Below, piece by piece: positions 9,332-19,184 of a DNA stretch of 64,000 bases; within the stretch, counting starts at the first letter, position 1; every line of letters begins with the position of its first letter. The stretch is from an uncultured Nitrospiraceae bacterium (lineage in GTDB: Bacteria > Nitrospirota > Thermodesulfovibrionia > Thermodesulfovibrionales > SM23-35). The position numbers were made by a program, and so were the translations under genes. The notes below the pieces were generated by a model, which saw only the letters and a program-made list of their open reading frames with translations, did no database searches and had not been told where the DNA came from. Where the stretch lies: assembly GCA_937138415.1 (NCBI GenBank), contig CAKZPA010000033.1, positions 44,606 to 108,605 of the forward strand, given 5' to 3'.

Positions 9332-10618
9332 ATGACGAGAATCGAACTTGCAAGAAAAGGCATCGTTTCCGACGAAGTGCGTTTCGTCGCGCAGTCGGAA
9401 TGCGTCGATGCGGAAAAGCTCGCGGAGGACATCGCGCACGGTTTCACCGTCATCGCGCGCAATGCGGCTCATGACATTCCGCCGCTCGGCATCGGGAGGG
9501 GGCTGCGGACGAAGATCAACGCAAACATCGGAACGTCGAAGGACAGGGTCTCGCTCGATGAGGAACTCGAGAAGCTCCGCGTGCTCACCCGTTATGGTGC
9601 GGACGCCGTCATGGACCTCTCGACCGGTGGTCCGCTCCGGGATCTTCGGAAACTTCTCCTCCAGAGATCGCGGATAAGCGTGGGGACCGTGCCGATTTAC
9701 GAAGCGGCGGTTCGGGCCGCAGAAGAGCACGGTACGATCGCGAAAATGACGACCGACAGCATATTCGAGGTCATCGAAGACCACGCGCGCGAGGGGATCG
9801 ACTTCGTGACCGTGCACTGCGGTCTCACGAGGCGTGCCATCGAACGCCTGCGGGAAGAAGGACGAATCCTCGATATCGTGAGCCGGGGTGGATCGTTCCT
9901 CCTCGAGTGGATGATCTACAACGACAGGGAGAATCCGCTCTATGAGCACTTCGACCGGCTGCTCGAGATTTCGAAACGCTACGACGTCACCCTTAGCCTC
10001 GGAGACGCCCTTCGGCCCGGATGTCTCGAGGATGCGACCGATCGGAGCCAGATCGAAGAACTCCTGACGCTCGGTGAACTGAAGGACAGGGCGAACGACC
10101 AGGGTGTCCAGGTGATCATCGAAGGACCCGGCCATGTTCCCCTTGACCAGGTTGAACTGAACATAAAGATTCAAAAAGAAATATGTAAGGGCGCGCCTTT
10201 CTACGTCCTCGGTCCGCTCGTGACCGACATCGCCGTGGGGTACGACCACATCGCTGCGGCTATCGGGGGAGCGCTTGCCGGCGCGGCAGGCGCAGATTTT
10301 CTGTGCTACGTGACGCCGGCGGAGCATATCAAGTTGCCCGACATCCATGACGTGAAAGAAGGGGTCATCGCATCGAAAATTGCTGCGCACGCGGCGGACA
10401 TCGCAAAGAGAATACCTTCTGCTATCGAACGGGACAAGAAGATGGCCCGCTGCAGAAAGAACCTGGACTGGGACGGTCAGATCGCGCTCAGCCTCGATCC
10501 GGAGAGAATAAGGGAATGGCGCTCGAAGATTCCCCCGACCGAGACGGACGTGTGCAGCATGTGCGGCGAGTTCTGCGCCATAAGAACCGTCGAGAGGGCT
10601 TTGCGGAAAGAACGGTAG
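9332..10618 (+). CDS. thiC: phosphomethylpyrimidine synthase (short anaerobe-type ThiC)
   Basis: MTRIELARKGIVSDEV... N-terminus and the C-terminal CSMCGEFCA radical-SAM cluster motif. I chose the start at ATG 9332. The track start at 9251 adds an unconserved 27-aa extension. Confidence 0.95.
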   Translation: MTRIELARKGIVSDEVRFVAQSECVDAEKLAEDIAHGFTVIARNAAHDIPPLGIGRGLRTKINANIGTSKDRVSLDEELEKLRVLTRYGADAVMDLSTGGPLRDLRKLLLQRSRISVGTVPIYEAAVRAAEEHGTIAKMTTDSIFEVIEDHAREGIDFVTVHCGLTRRAIERLREEGRILDIVSRGGSFLLEWMIYNDRENPLYEHFDRLLEISKRYDVTLSLGDALRPGCLEDATDRSQIEELLTLGELKDRANDQGVQVIIEGPGHVPLDQVELNIKIQKEICKGAPFYVLGPLVTDIAVGYDHIAAAIGGALAGAAGADFLCYVTPAEHIKLPDIHDVKEGVIASKIAAHAADIAKRIPSAIERDKKMARCRKNLDWDGQIALSLDPERIREWRSKIPPTETDVCSMCGEFCAIRTVERALRKER

Positions 10619-10705
10619 ACCGAAGGAATCGAAAATTTCTCCCTACCACTTGGGACACCATGGAACTGATCGGGAAGGGACAGTGCCCACGATGAGTCTT
10701 CTCCC

Positions 10706-11467
10706 ATGCACGTAGTCCTCACTGTTGCCGGCTCCGACCCCACGGGCGGGGCAGGACTGCAAGCAGATCTGAAGGTGCTGAGGACTTTCGGCGTATGCGG
10801 CGTGTCCGTCGTCTCCGCGATCACCGCGCAAAATACGATGGGGGTCGAAGCCATCTTCCCCGTCGAGAGGATCGCCTTCGAAAGACAGCTCCGCGTGCTC
10901 CTCGCAGATATGAGACCCGTTTCCGTGAAAGTGGGCATGCTCTACAGCGCATGGACCGCGGACATCCTCGCACACATCTTGCACGAACACCGCATCGGGA
11001 ATATCGTTGTCGATCCGGTAACCGTCTCGTCCTCCGGGACGAGCCTCGTCGACGATGGCGTCCTCGATATGATACGAACACATATGTTCCCGATCTCGCG
11101 GGTCATCACACCCAATATTTACGAGGCAGCCGTTCTCACGGGACTCGCGATCGAGAACACGGCGGATATGAAAGAAGCCGCTCGCGCCCTCAAATCAATG
11201 GGGCCGGAGGTCGTCGTCATCACCGGAGGGCATCTCGAAGGAAGAGCGACCGATCTCTTCTTCGACGGCACATTTCACGCGATCGAGGGCGAAAAGCTGC
11301 GCGGCGAATTCCATGGTACCGGGTGTGCGTTCTCATCGTCCGTCGCCGCTCTGCTCGCGAACGGATACGCGCCGCTCGATGCGGTACGGAAAGCCAAATC
11401 GTTTGTCACCGATGCGATGAAAAAGGCATACTATCCGGGAAAGGGAATGGCGCTCTTAAATTTCTGA
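10706..11467 (+). CDS. thiD: hydroxymethylpyrimidine/phosphomethylpyrimidine kinase
   Basis: VLTVAGSDPTGGAGLQADLKV N-terminus and the GTGCAFSS motif. 253 aa. Confidence 0.9.
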   Translation: MHVVLTVAGSDPTGGAGLQADLKVLRTFGVCGVSVVSAITAQNTMGVEAIFPVERIAFERQLRVLLADMRPVSVKVGMLYSAWTADILAHILHEHRIGNIVVDPVTVSSSGTSLVDDGVLDMIRTHMFPISRVITPNIYEAAVLTGLAIENTADMKEAARALKSMGPEVVVITGGHLEGRATDLFFDGTFHAIEGEKLRGEFHGTGCAFSSSVAALLANGYAPLDAVRKAKSFVTDAMKKAYYPGKGMALLNF

Positions 11468-11617
11468 CAGGCTCCTCGAAAAGCCCTGTTCGGCGTCGAA
11501 GGAAATACACGGGTCGCCGTTCTTCAAAGACAGGCTGGCTCTCGTGCTAAAAAATGGTCGTTTCCGATGACGAGGGCTTTCGGAAATCGATAGACATACA
11601 TTGAGTGTTATCGCGTA

Positions 11618-11812
11618 ATGAAAGGAGACACAGTGGCAAACAACCGCGAAAAGAAACCGATCGATCCGGCAAAAATGCAGGTTCTCAGAAGCCTGCCCAT
11701 CGAAATTAAACAGTCGCTCACGAGAGAAGAGGTCGATGCCTTCCTCCACGACGAGGTCTGGCCTGATTCACTGACCGAAAAGCTCAAAGACTTCCTCGTG
11801 GATGAAAACTAA
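11618..11812 (+). CDS. small acidic hypothetical protein
   Basis: 64-aa ORF overlapping the radA start by 11 nt. AAAGGAG lies inside its first codons, so GTG 11633 may be the true start. No recognisable family. Confidence 0.4.
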   Translation: MKGDTVANNREKKPIDPAKMQVLRSLPIEIKQSLTREEVDAFLHDEVWPDSLTEKLKDFLVDEN

Positions 11813-13166
11813 GACGTTTTTCCACTGCCAGGCCTGCGGTTATACGAGTCCAAAATGGCTCGGCAAATGTCCCGATTGTCAATCGTGGAATAGCTTCGCG
11901 GAGGAGCGAAGAGTACCTTCCGCCCGCCTCGCCTCCTCTCCGATCCTCTCTGGCAGGTCGCAGCCATCTCCTCTCAGTGCCGTCACACCGGGCGCCGCTC
12001 ACCGAACATCTTCCGGCCTTGGGGAATTCGACAGGGTGCTCGGGGGCGGAATCGTCGCAGGCTCGGTCATCCTCGTGGGGGGCGATCCCGGAATTGGCAA
12101 ATCGACGCTCCTCCTCCAGGCAGTCTCGCACATCGCCCAAAAACTGGGGACGGTACTCTACGTCTCCGGCGAGGAGTCTCCGGAGCAGATCAAGATGCGG
12201 GCCGACAGACTTGCGATTCACACGGAGGGGATAATCCTCCTGCCCGAGACCTCCCTCGAAGCGATCATTCAAACCGCATCCACGATGCGCCCGAATGCAT
12301 TGGTCATCGACTCGATCCAGACCGTCTTTACGGAGGAACTGAGTTCAGCCCCCGGTTCGGTGAGCCAGGTGAGAGAGTGCGCCGCCAGACTCATGCTCTT
12401 TGCAAAAAAATCCGATATGCCCGTCTTCCTCGTCGGCCACGTGACGAAGGAAGGCGAGCTTGCCGGTCCGCGCGTGCTCGAGCACATCGTCGATACAGTC
12501 CTCTACTTCGAGGGTGACAGGGGACACGCATACCGTATTCTGAGAACGGTAAAGAACCGATTCGGCTCGACAAACGAAATCGGTATCTTCGAGATGTCGG
12601 ATGCGGGTCTCCTCGAGGTGCAGAACCCGTCGGAGCTCTTTCTCCTCGAGAGGCCGCTGCAAGTACCTGGGTCTGTCGTAGTGGCGAGCATCGAGGGAAC
12701 ACGTCCTCTCATGGTAGAACTGCAGGCGCTCGTTTCGCAGACCAACTTCGGCGTGCCGCGACGAACGGCGATAGGCGTGGATTTCAACAGGGTGAGCCTG
12801 CTCGTCGCCGTGCTCGAGAAAAAGCTCGGGTTCCGCCTCGGCGCGATGGATGTCTTCGTCAACGTCGTCGGCGGACTCAAACTGGTGGAGCCGGCGGTCG
12901 ATCTCGCAATCGCAACCGCGATCGCGTCCTCCGTCAGGGACATCCCGGTCGATCCCCGTCTGTTCGTCTTCGGCGAGGTCGGGCTGTCAGGAGAAATCCG
13001 CGCTGTGGCGCATGGGGAAACGCGCCTCAAGGAGGCGGCGAAAATTGGATTCGCTCAGGCGGTCATCCCTGCCGGGAACAGGGATAAGCTTCGCGAAACG
13101 TTCGGACTGAACCTGCGGGGAGTGCGGAATGTGGAAGAGTGTGTGGCGACTGTTTTTGCTCGTTAG
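11802..13166 (+). CDS. radA: DNA repair protein RadA/Sms
   Basis: N-terminal Zn ribbon CQACGYTSPKWLGKCPDC, Walker A GDPGIGKST, the KNRFG motif and a Lon-like C-terminal domain. Confidence 0.95.
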   Translation: MKTKTFFHCQACGYTSPKWLGKCPDCQSWNSFAEERRVPSARLASSPILSGRSQPSPLSAVTPGAAHRTSSGLGEFDRVLGGGIVAGSVILVGGDPGIGKSTLLLQAVSHIAQKLGTVLYVSGEESPEQIKMRADRLAIHTEGIILLPETSLEAIIQTASTMRPNALVIDSIQTVFTEELSSAPGSVSQVRECAARLMLFAKKSDMPVFLVGHVTKEGELAGPRVLEHIVDTVLYFEGDRGHAYRILRTVKNRFGSTNEIGIFEMSDAGLLEVQNPSELFLLERPLQVPGSVVVASIEGTRPLMVELQALVSQTNFGVPRRTAIGVDFNRVSLLVAVLEKKLGFRLGAMDVFVNVVGGLKLVEPAVDLAIATAIASSVRDIPVDPRLFVFGEVGLSGEIRAVAHGETRLKEAAKIGFAQAVIPAGNRDKLRETFGLNLRGVRNVEECVATVFAR

Positions 13167-13914
13167 CGTTCTCTCGATGCTCCATTCCTGTGCCACCAGG
13201 AAAGCCGTCACACCCGATGTCCTGGTGACGGACATCGATGAACTCCTCGCATCGAAAAGCCGCATCTCGACCGTCGAAACGACCTTCTCCGTTGTCTTCG
13301 AGAGGGGCGACACCAAGAACAAGGGGGACGGCGCTCTCAATCTCTCGAAGAACGGGGATTTGTCGATGCGCATCTATTCGCTCGGGTGGCTCGCCTTCGA
13401 ACTGACGTCCCGTGACGGCGTCGTGCAGAGCAATCCGCCAATCGACAGAGCACGATGGGCGATCCTCTTCACGGGGCTGCGGGATTGTCTCTTCTGGTGG
13501 GACATCAAAGACTTCCTCCTGGAGGAAGATGATCACGAGTACGTGTTGCGTTCAGAATCGCGCTCCCTTCGGATCGACAAGCGCTCGATGCTCCCGGTTT
13601 CCCAGACGATCACGTTCGGGGATGGCAGGCAGCTCATGATTACGTACAGCGATCCCGAATACGGAAACGGCGAGTGGTACCCTTCGAGAATGAGGATGGA
13701 CCTTTTCCCCTACACGGTCACCATTACGATTCGGGAGATTTCATTTCTCACCGGGGATCAGGCCGAGATCGATAGCCACCGTCCTCACAATCGAGCGGTC
13801 GATCGCATCGGCCTTCGCGAGATACCCCTCGAGGAGCGCGTTGTCGCACACGGTATTGATCAACCTCGGGGTCCCTTTCGTGTACTCGAAGATGCTCCGG
13901 ACCGCGTCTTCTGA
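13129..13914 (+). CDS. putative lipoprotein (possibly a LolB/DUF4292-like fold)
   Basis: Signal peptide MWKSVWRLFLLVSVLSMLHS-C with a Cys at the lipobox position. The fold guess rests on size and pattern only. The last 58 codons overlap the convergent ATPase gene. Confidence 0.55.
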   Translation: MWKSVWRLFLLVSVLSMLHSCATRKAVTPDVLVTDIDELLASKSRISTVETTFSVVFERGDTKNKGDGALNLSKNGDLSMRIYSLGWLAFELTSRDGVVQSNPPIDRARWAILFTGLRDCLFWWDIKDFLLEEDDHEYVLRSESRSLRIDKRSMLPVSQTITFGDGRQLMITYSDPEYGNGEWYPSRMRMDLFPYTVTITIREISFLTGDQAEIDSHRPHNRAVDRIGLREIPLEERVVAHGIDQPRGPFRVLEDAPDRVF

Positions 13915-14565
13915 AAAAATATCTCGCGCGCCTCCCGCGACCGACAAACGGTGCCTGATATACTCTCCCGTATCTTTTTCGGAAAACTCTTTCAGTCTGA
14001 TCTTAACTGCCACCCGTTGCTTGAGCGGTTCATCGAGGGAAAGGACATGCTCCAGCTCTGGCAATCCGAAAAAGATGATGTTGATCATCTTGCCGCTCGG
14101 CTGCTCCATGTTGAGGAGCCCCCTGAACTCTTCCATGATCTCCCGGGAATTCAGCATCTGCACTTCATCGATCATGACGACCGCTTTCTTTTTCTCGTCG
14201 AGGATTTCATTCAGCCGCCGGTAAATCTGCGAGAGGAGTTCGACCTTGTTGTCCTTTACGTCTCTTACCCCGAGCTGGATCGCAAATTTCTTGAAGAGCC
14301 ATTCTGAACTCACGCTGGAATGCACGACGACGAGAAGTGCGGCTTCATAGGCATTCTCGTCGAGCTCCTCGAGGAAACGTCGCGCGAGAGTCGTCTTCCC
14401 CGTTCCGATGCCGCCGATGACGACGGCGAGCCCTCTCCTCGCATCGACAACGTGCCTGAGCTTCACCATCGCCTCGGTATGGAGCGAGGTATGGTAGTAA
14501 AACCGCCGGTCAACGACGTTCGAGAACGGATGCTCTCTTAACTGGAAAAATTCGAGATAGTCCAT
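13741..14565 (-). CDS. ExeA/MshM-like AAA ATPase
   Basis: Family-typical N-terminus FFQLREHPFS, Walker A GGIGTGKTT and Walker B VVMIDEVQ. 274 aa, with no C-terminal peptidoglycan-binding domain. Confidence 0.75.
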   Translation of the reverse strand: MDYLEFFQLREHPFSNVVDRRFYYHTSLHTEAMVKLRHVVDARRGLAVVIGGIGTGKTTLARRFLEELDENAYEAALLVVVHSSVSSEWLFKKFAIQLGVRDVKDNKVELLSQIYRRLNEILDEKKKAVVMIDEVQMLNSREIMEEFRGLLNMEQPSGKMINIIFFGLPELEHVLSLDEPLKQRVAVKIRLKEFSEKDTGEYIRHRLSVAGGARDIFSEDAVRSIFEYTKGTPRLINTVCDNALLEGYLAKADAIDRSIVRTVAIDLGLIPGEK

Positions 14566-14608
14566 GGGAGAATGATCGACGAGAGACTGTCAGATCCGCA
14601 CAGACAGA

Positions 14609-16888
14609 TTACAGGTAAGATACCCTGTCCTTCTTCCTTTCCTTCTGCATTTGCTGATGCGCCGTGTCGTGCACCATCGCCTTCAGTGTACTCACTTTCG
14701 TTGCGACCTCGCGGAAATGAGGATTCCATTCATAAACCTGCGCGTAGGCATCCAGCGCCTCGCCAAGGTTGTTGTTCCTTTCGTAAGCGTCTCCAAGATC
14801 GTACATCATCGTCCAGAACGCTTCGTCGCGCTCGCGAATCTGAGCGAGCGAATCTCTCAACACCTCGATCGCGAGCGGATAGAGCCCTTTCTCCAGATAA
14901 CAGACGCCCAGCATATTGGAAGAATGGGAAAACCGCTTCGGATCGTTGCGCGATGCCTGAAATTCCCGTATCGCGTCGTCAATGAGCCCCATTTCTTTGT
15001 AGGCGATACCGAGATTGTAGTGGGTCTCGTAATCTTCCGCCGCGATCTCCTTCTCGAGCCCCTTCTTGAACTCATTGAAGATATCCATCACCTGATGATC
15101 GGCCGACTCGTGTGCAGTGCCCTCCGCGTTCAGTTCCCGGAAAGCCCCGGGGAGCTTCTCCACGCCGTCAGCGTTCGTCCTTTCACCGGTCTCCGTCGTT
15201 TCTCCAGTCGTGTCACGAACAACCGGTTCAAGCCAAACGTCCATTTGCGTATCGGCGTACGCTTCATCCGCGCTCCGGACAGGCTGTACCTCGTCGCGAG
15301 GAGCGTGGATGCCGGGAGACAGGGGCTGCTCGTTCGGTCCCGCAGGCAACTTCGTCCCTCCAACGCCGGCTACCACGCCAGGTTCTCTCCCCTCCCTCTG
15401 CAGCTCGGTCATCGCAGCGAGAACTCTGGGATCCTCGGAACGTAACGACATCGCTTCGCGAACCATCTGCTCGCTCCTCGCGGGGTCTCCTGCTTCCCGG
15501 TACAATCGACTCAGGGTGAGACATTCCGAGACGACCCCTTCTTCATTGCCGGTAGCCTCATGGATCTCCTTCAGTTTCACGTGGAGCTCAATGCTGTCCG
15601 GATTGGATCGACCGAGCGCATCGAGCGCTTCCCGCGCCTCATCGTAAAGGCCATAGCGCATATACACATCGGCCTCGACGATCGCTTCGTCGACCGAAGC
15701 ACTCCCGTCGACTGCAATCAGTTCTTTCCCGAGCTTCTTTTCGAGTTCCACCACCGCAGAGCGCACAGCCTCGTTATCCGGCATTTTCTTGAGCGCTTCG
15801 CGGTAACAGGTGAGGGCTTCGTTCTGCCTACCGTCACGGACGAGGATATCGCCGAGAGAGAGAAGGTCCTGAACGAGCCGTCCATCCTCATTGTGCCTCC
15901 TGTGGAGCGTCACCAGTCGTTTCCCCGTTTCCACTGGATCAATCTCCCTGAACGACTCGAGAAGTGCAACCGCGTCCTCATAAGGCTCGTCGAGGAGGAG
16001 ATCATCGAGAACAGGTTGATAAACGTCCCACGCTTTGTGCCGATCCCCTTCCTTGAGAGCGAGCCTCGCACACATCTTTCGCGCACGGAGATTCAACGGC
16101 TCGAGAGCCGACACGCGATCGAGGTACGACCGCGCGTCATCAAGCTCACCCAAACTCTCCAGGATCTCTGCCACACCGAGCGACACGTCGGTATCCTCCG
16201 GGAACAGGGCGAGCACCTCGTCGATATGTGCGCGCGCACGCTCACGAATTCCTGCTTTCCCGTAGAGAGAACCGAGACCGAGGAGCGCCGGTTTATTGTG
16301 CGGATCGAGCGAGAGAATCTTCCTGAAGAAGTCGGTTGCCTTCTCCGTCTCTCCCGCCTCGCCAAGCAGCTGCGCGATGCGGAGAAACCGTTGGGCCGCT
16401 TCGTCAGTTCGACCGTTGCGGAGAAATGTTTCCGCGAGGGTGACGTGCAGTGAGACATCGGCAGGAGCGAGGGAGAGCATCTTTTCGTAGGTGGCGTAGA
16501 ACTTCTCCCATTCCCCTTTCTTCGCGAACGCGTCCGCAGCCGAGCGATAAAATGCGAGCGCATCCTTCGTGAGCCCTTTCGCTTCCTGTAGCTCCCCGAG
16601 AACGAATAAAGCGTTCCCGTCCTCCGGTGCGATGTTCAAAATCTTTTTGTACAGAGCGGTCGCCTTGTGGGCGAATCCTTCCTCTCGGAAAAGGCGAGCG
16701 GCCTCGTGGTATGCGGCAATCGCGTTCGTGCGATCGCTCTTTTTGAGGTAGAGGTCACCGATGGTGTTGAAGGTGGTCGCGTCTGGAGACTCTTTCGTTA
16801 TTTTTTCCCATTCAGCAATGGCTTTATCGATCTGGCCCCGGGCGAGATGTTTCTGGGCTTCTCTGGCTATGCTCGTTTTATCTGCCAT
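14609..16888 (-). CDS. large TPR-repeat protein
   Basis: 759 aa. TPR-like A/L/Y-rich 34-residue repeats at both ends flank an acidic, Pro/Gly-rich central linker. It lies 43 nt upstream of the ExeA-like ATPase. Confidence 0.8.
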   Translation of the reverse strand: MADKTSIAREAQKHLARGQIDKAIAEWEKITKESPDATTFNTIGDLYLKKSDRTNAIAAYHEAARLFREEGFAHKATALYKKILNIAPEDGNALFVLGELQEAKGLTKDALAFYRSAADAFAKKGEWEKFYATYEKMLSLAPADVSLHVTLAETFLRNGRTDEAAQRFLRIAQLLGEAGETEKATDFFRKILSLDPHNKPALLGLGSLYGKAGIRERARAHIDEVLALFPEDTDVSLGVAEILESLGELDDARSYLDRVSALEPLNLRARKMCARLALKEGDRHKAWDVYQPVLDDLLLDEPYEDAVALLESFREIDPVETGKRLVTLHRRHNEDGRLVQDLLSLGDILVRDGRQNEALTCYREALKKMPDNEAVRSAVVELEKKLGKELIAVDGSASVDEAIVEADVYMRYGLYDEAREALDALGRSNPDSIELHVKLKEIHEATGNEEGVVSECLTLSRLYREAGDPARSEQMVREAMSLRSEDPRVLAAMTELQREGREPGVVAGVGGTKLPAGPNEQPLSPGIHAPRDEVQPVRSADEAYADTQMDVWLEPVVRDTTGETTETGERTNADGVEKLPGAFRELNAEGTAHESADHQVMDIFNEFKKGLEKEIAAEDYETHYNLGIAYKEMGLIDDAIREFQASRNDPKRFSHSSNMLGVCYLEKGLYPLAIEVLRDSLAQIRERDEAFWTMMYDLGDAYERNNNLGEALDAYAQVYEWNPHFREVATKVSTLKAMVHDTAHQQMQKERKKDRVSYL

Positions 16889-16959
16889 TTCAGGTATTAT
16901 TCAAAGTATCACAATCGGTTGCCACTGTCAATGATACTGATTGCCGATGCATTCGTAGG

Positions 16960-19065
16960 ATGACGATCGACAGAGAACATATTCTCGGGTTCTTCCGCGA
17001 AAGGACGAAACGCCCTCTCTCGTTCCGAGAGATCGTCTCGCTCCTCGGTTTGAACCACAAAGAGGCCCGTTCCCTCAAGAGGATACTGCGCCTCTTGGTG
17101 AAGTCGGGAGAACTCGTCCTCACGCGAAAAGGGTTGTACGGACCGTCCGAGACGATGTCGCTCGTCAGCGGACTCTTCGAAGCACACAGAGAAGGGTACG
17201 GCTTCGTCATCGCGGAGAAACCCGGAGAGCGTGACGTATTCATCCCGGCGCGCGCGACGGGTGGTGCGATGAACGGTGACCGCGTCCTTGCGCGGATCGA
17301 GGATTCGAGGAGACGAGCGGGGAGCATCGTCAGGATACTGGAACGCGCGCACGAAAAAGTGGCGGGCATATTCGAGAAGACGCGGAGCGGATTCTATGTG
17401 AAACCGAAGGACCGCAGCATCCCCTTCGATCTCGTCGTCGCCCCGAAGGACCGCAGCGGCGCAAAGCAGGGCGAAACCGTTATCGCCTCGATCATCGAGT
17501 ATCCGTCCGAGCGCAAACCTGCCGCGGCGCGGGTGCTGAAAGTGCTCGGGAAGCCGGTCGATCCGCGAGCCGAAATCGAGTCCATCATCGACGAGTTCGA
17601 TCTCCCGCGGAAGTTCCCCCGGGGAGCGAACGACGAAGCGAGAATGCTCGCGGAGCGACAGGGTCTCGGTGACATGGCAGGCCTGAAACGGAGAGATCTG
17701 CGATCGCTGCCGACGGTGACGATCGACGGCGAGCGCGCGAGAGATTTCGACGATGCGGTCTCCATGGAGATCGCGGAGCACGGCTACCGCCTGTACGTCC
17801 ATATTGCGGACGTCGGTCATTATGTTGCGTGGGATTCGACACTCGATCGAGAGGCACGGAAGAGGGGGACGAGTGTCTATTTCCCTGACAGGGTCATCCC
17901 GATGCTGCCCAAGGAGCTTTCGGAAAACCTCTGCAGCCTGAAACCGCGGGAACCGCGCCCTGCGATGACGGTCGAACTGGAATTCGACCGGCGAGGAGCG
18001 AGGATCGCGTCACGATTCTATCCGAGCCTCATCGTGAGCGACGAACGGATGACCTACACCGCCGTGCGAAAGATGCTCGTCGATAAGGACCCTCATGTGC
18101 GGCAACGCTACGATCGCCTCCTGCCCCAGTTCGAACTCATGGGAGAGTTGTGCGGCCTCCTGAGAAACAGGAGGCTCGAACGAGGAAGCCTCGATTTCGA
18201 TCTGCCGGAACCGGAGGTGCTGCTCGATATTCGCGGAACGCCCGAGGCAATTCTCCGCGCAGAGAGGAACTTCGCGCACATGATTATCGAGGAGTTCATG
18301 ATCGCGGCGAACGAAGCAGTGGCGGAGCACGTCCAGCAGACCGGCATTCCCATCCTCTACAGAATTCACGAAGAACCGGATCCGATGAAATTGGACGAGG
18401 TCTCCAGAGTCCTTCGATCCATCTTCCCCACGAAACAGCCCGTCAAAACGAAAGATTTCCCTGATATCCTGAGAAGAGTGAAGGGAAGGCCAGAGGAAGA
18501 AGTCGTGCACTATCTGATACTGCGGAGTCTGAAACAGGCTCGCTACTCCCCGATCAACGTCGGGCACTTCGGTCTCGCATCGTCGTGTTACACGCATTTC
18601 ACATCGCCGATCAGAAGATATCCCGATCTCGTGGTCCATCGTATCGTGCGGGAACTGATTCAGAGAAAACGCGTGCCGGAGAAACGTCTCGACGAGCTCG
18701 ACCGTCTCCTGCCGGACATCGCCTACCACACATCGAGGATGGAGCGTCACGCAGATCTGGCCGAGAGAAAAGTCATCGACGCTATGCGCGCATGGTTCAT
18801 GAAAGACAGGGTCGGCGAGGAGTTCGACGCAAAGGTCGTGGGCATCACGTCGTACGGAATGAAAGTGAGGTTGAAAGAGGTCTATGTCGAAGGATTCCTC
18901 CACGTCTCCTATATGACGGACGATTTCTACCAGTTCGACGAGCGGCAGATGAGGCTCATCGGGCGCAACTCAAGAACATCGTATTCGATCGGGAAAGACG
19001 TGAGGGTGAGGGTCGACCGGGTCGACATGGATGAGCGGGAAATCATACTGGATATCGTGAGATAA
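16960..19065 (+). CDS. rnr: ribonuclease R
   Basis: RNB catalytic motifs (TIDGERARDFDDAV, HFGLAS..YTHFTSPIRRYPDL) and a C-terminal S1 domain. 701 aa. Confidence 0.9.
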   Translation: MTIDREHILGFFRERTKRPLSFREIVSLLGLNHKEARSLKRILRLLVKSGELVLTRKGLYGPSETMSLVSGLFEAHREGYGFVIAEKPGERDVFIPARATGGAMNGDRVLARIEDSRRRAGSIVRILERAHEKVAGIFEKTRSGFYVKPKDRSIPFDLVVAPKDRSGAKQGETVIASIIEYPSERKPAAARVLKVLGKPVDPRAEIESIIDEFDLPRKFPRGANDEARMLAERQGLGDMAGLKRRDLRSLPTVTIDGERARDFDDAVSMEIAEHGYRLYVHIADVGHYVAWDSTLDREARKRGTSVYFPDRVIPMLPKELSENLCSLKPREPRPAMTVELEFDRRGARIASRFYPSLIVSDERMTYTAVRKMLVDKDPHVRQRYDRLLPQFELMGELCGLLRNRRLERGSLDFDLPEPEVLLDIRGTPEAILRAERNFAHMIIEEFMIAANEAVAEHVQQTGIPILYRIHEEPDPMKLDEVSRVLRSIFPTKQPVKTKDFPDILRRVKGRPEEEVVHYLILRSLKQARYSPINVGHFGLASSCYTHFTSPIRRYPDLVVHRIVRELIQRKRVPEKRLDELDRLLPDIAYHTSRMERHADLAERKVIDAMRAWFMKDRVGEEFDAKVVGITSYGMKVRLKEVYVEGFLHVSYMTDDFYQFDERQMRLIGRNSRTSYSIGKDVRVRVDRVDMDEREIILDIVR

Positions 19066-19184
19066 AAAAGGGTTCAAGGGATCGAGGCCAGGGGTCCGAG
19101 AATGCGAGGGACGCCTCCAAGAGGAACACTTGTTGCATCGCCCGACGCATTGCCCGCTTGGAGTCCCGAGCCTTTCTTAACGGT

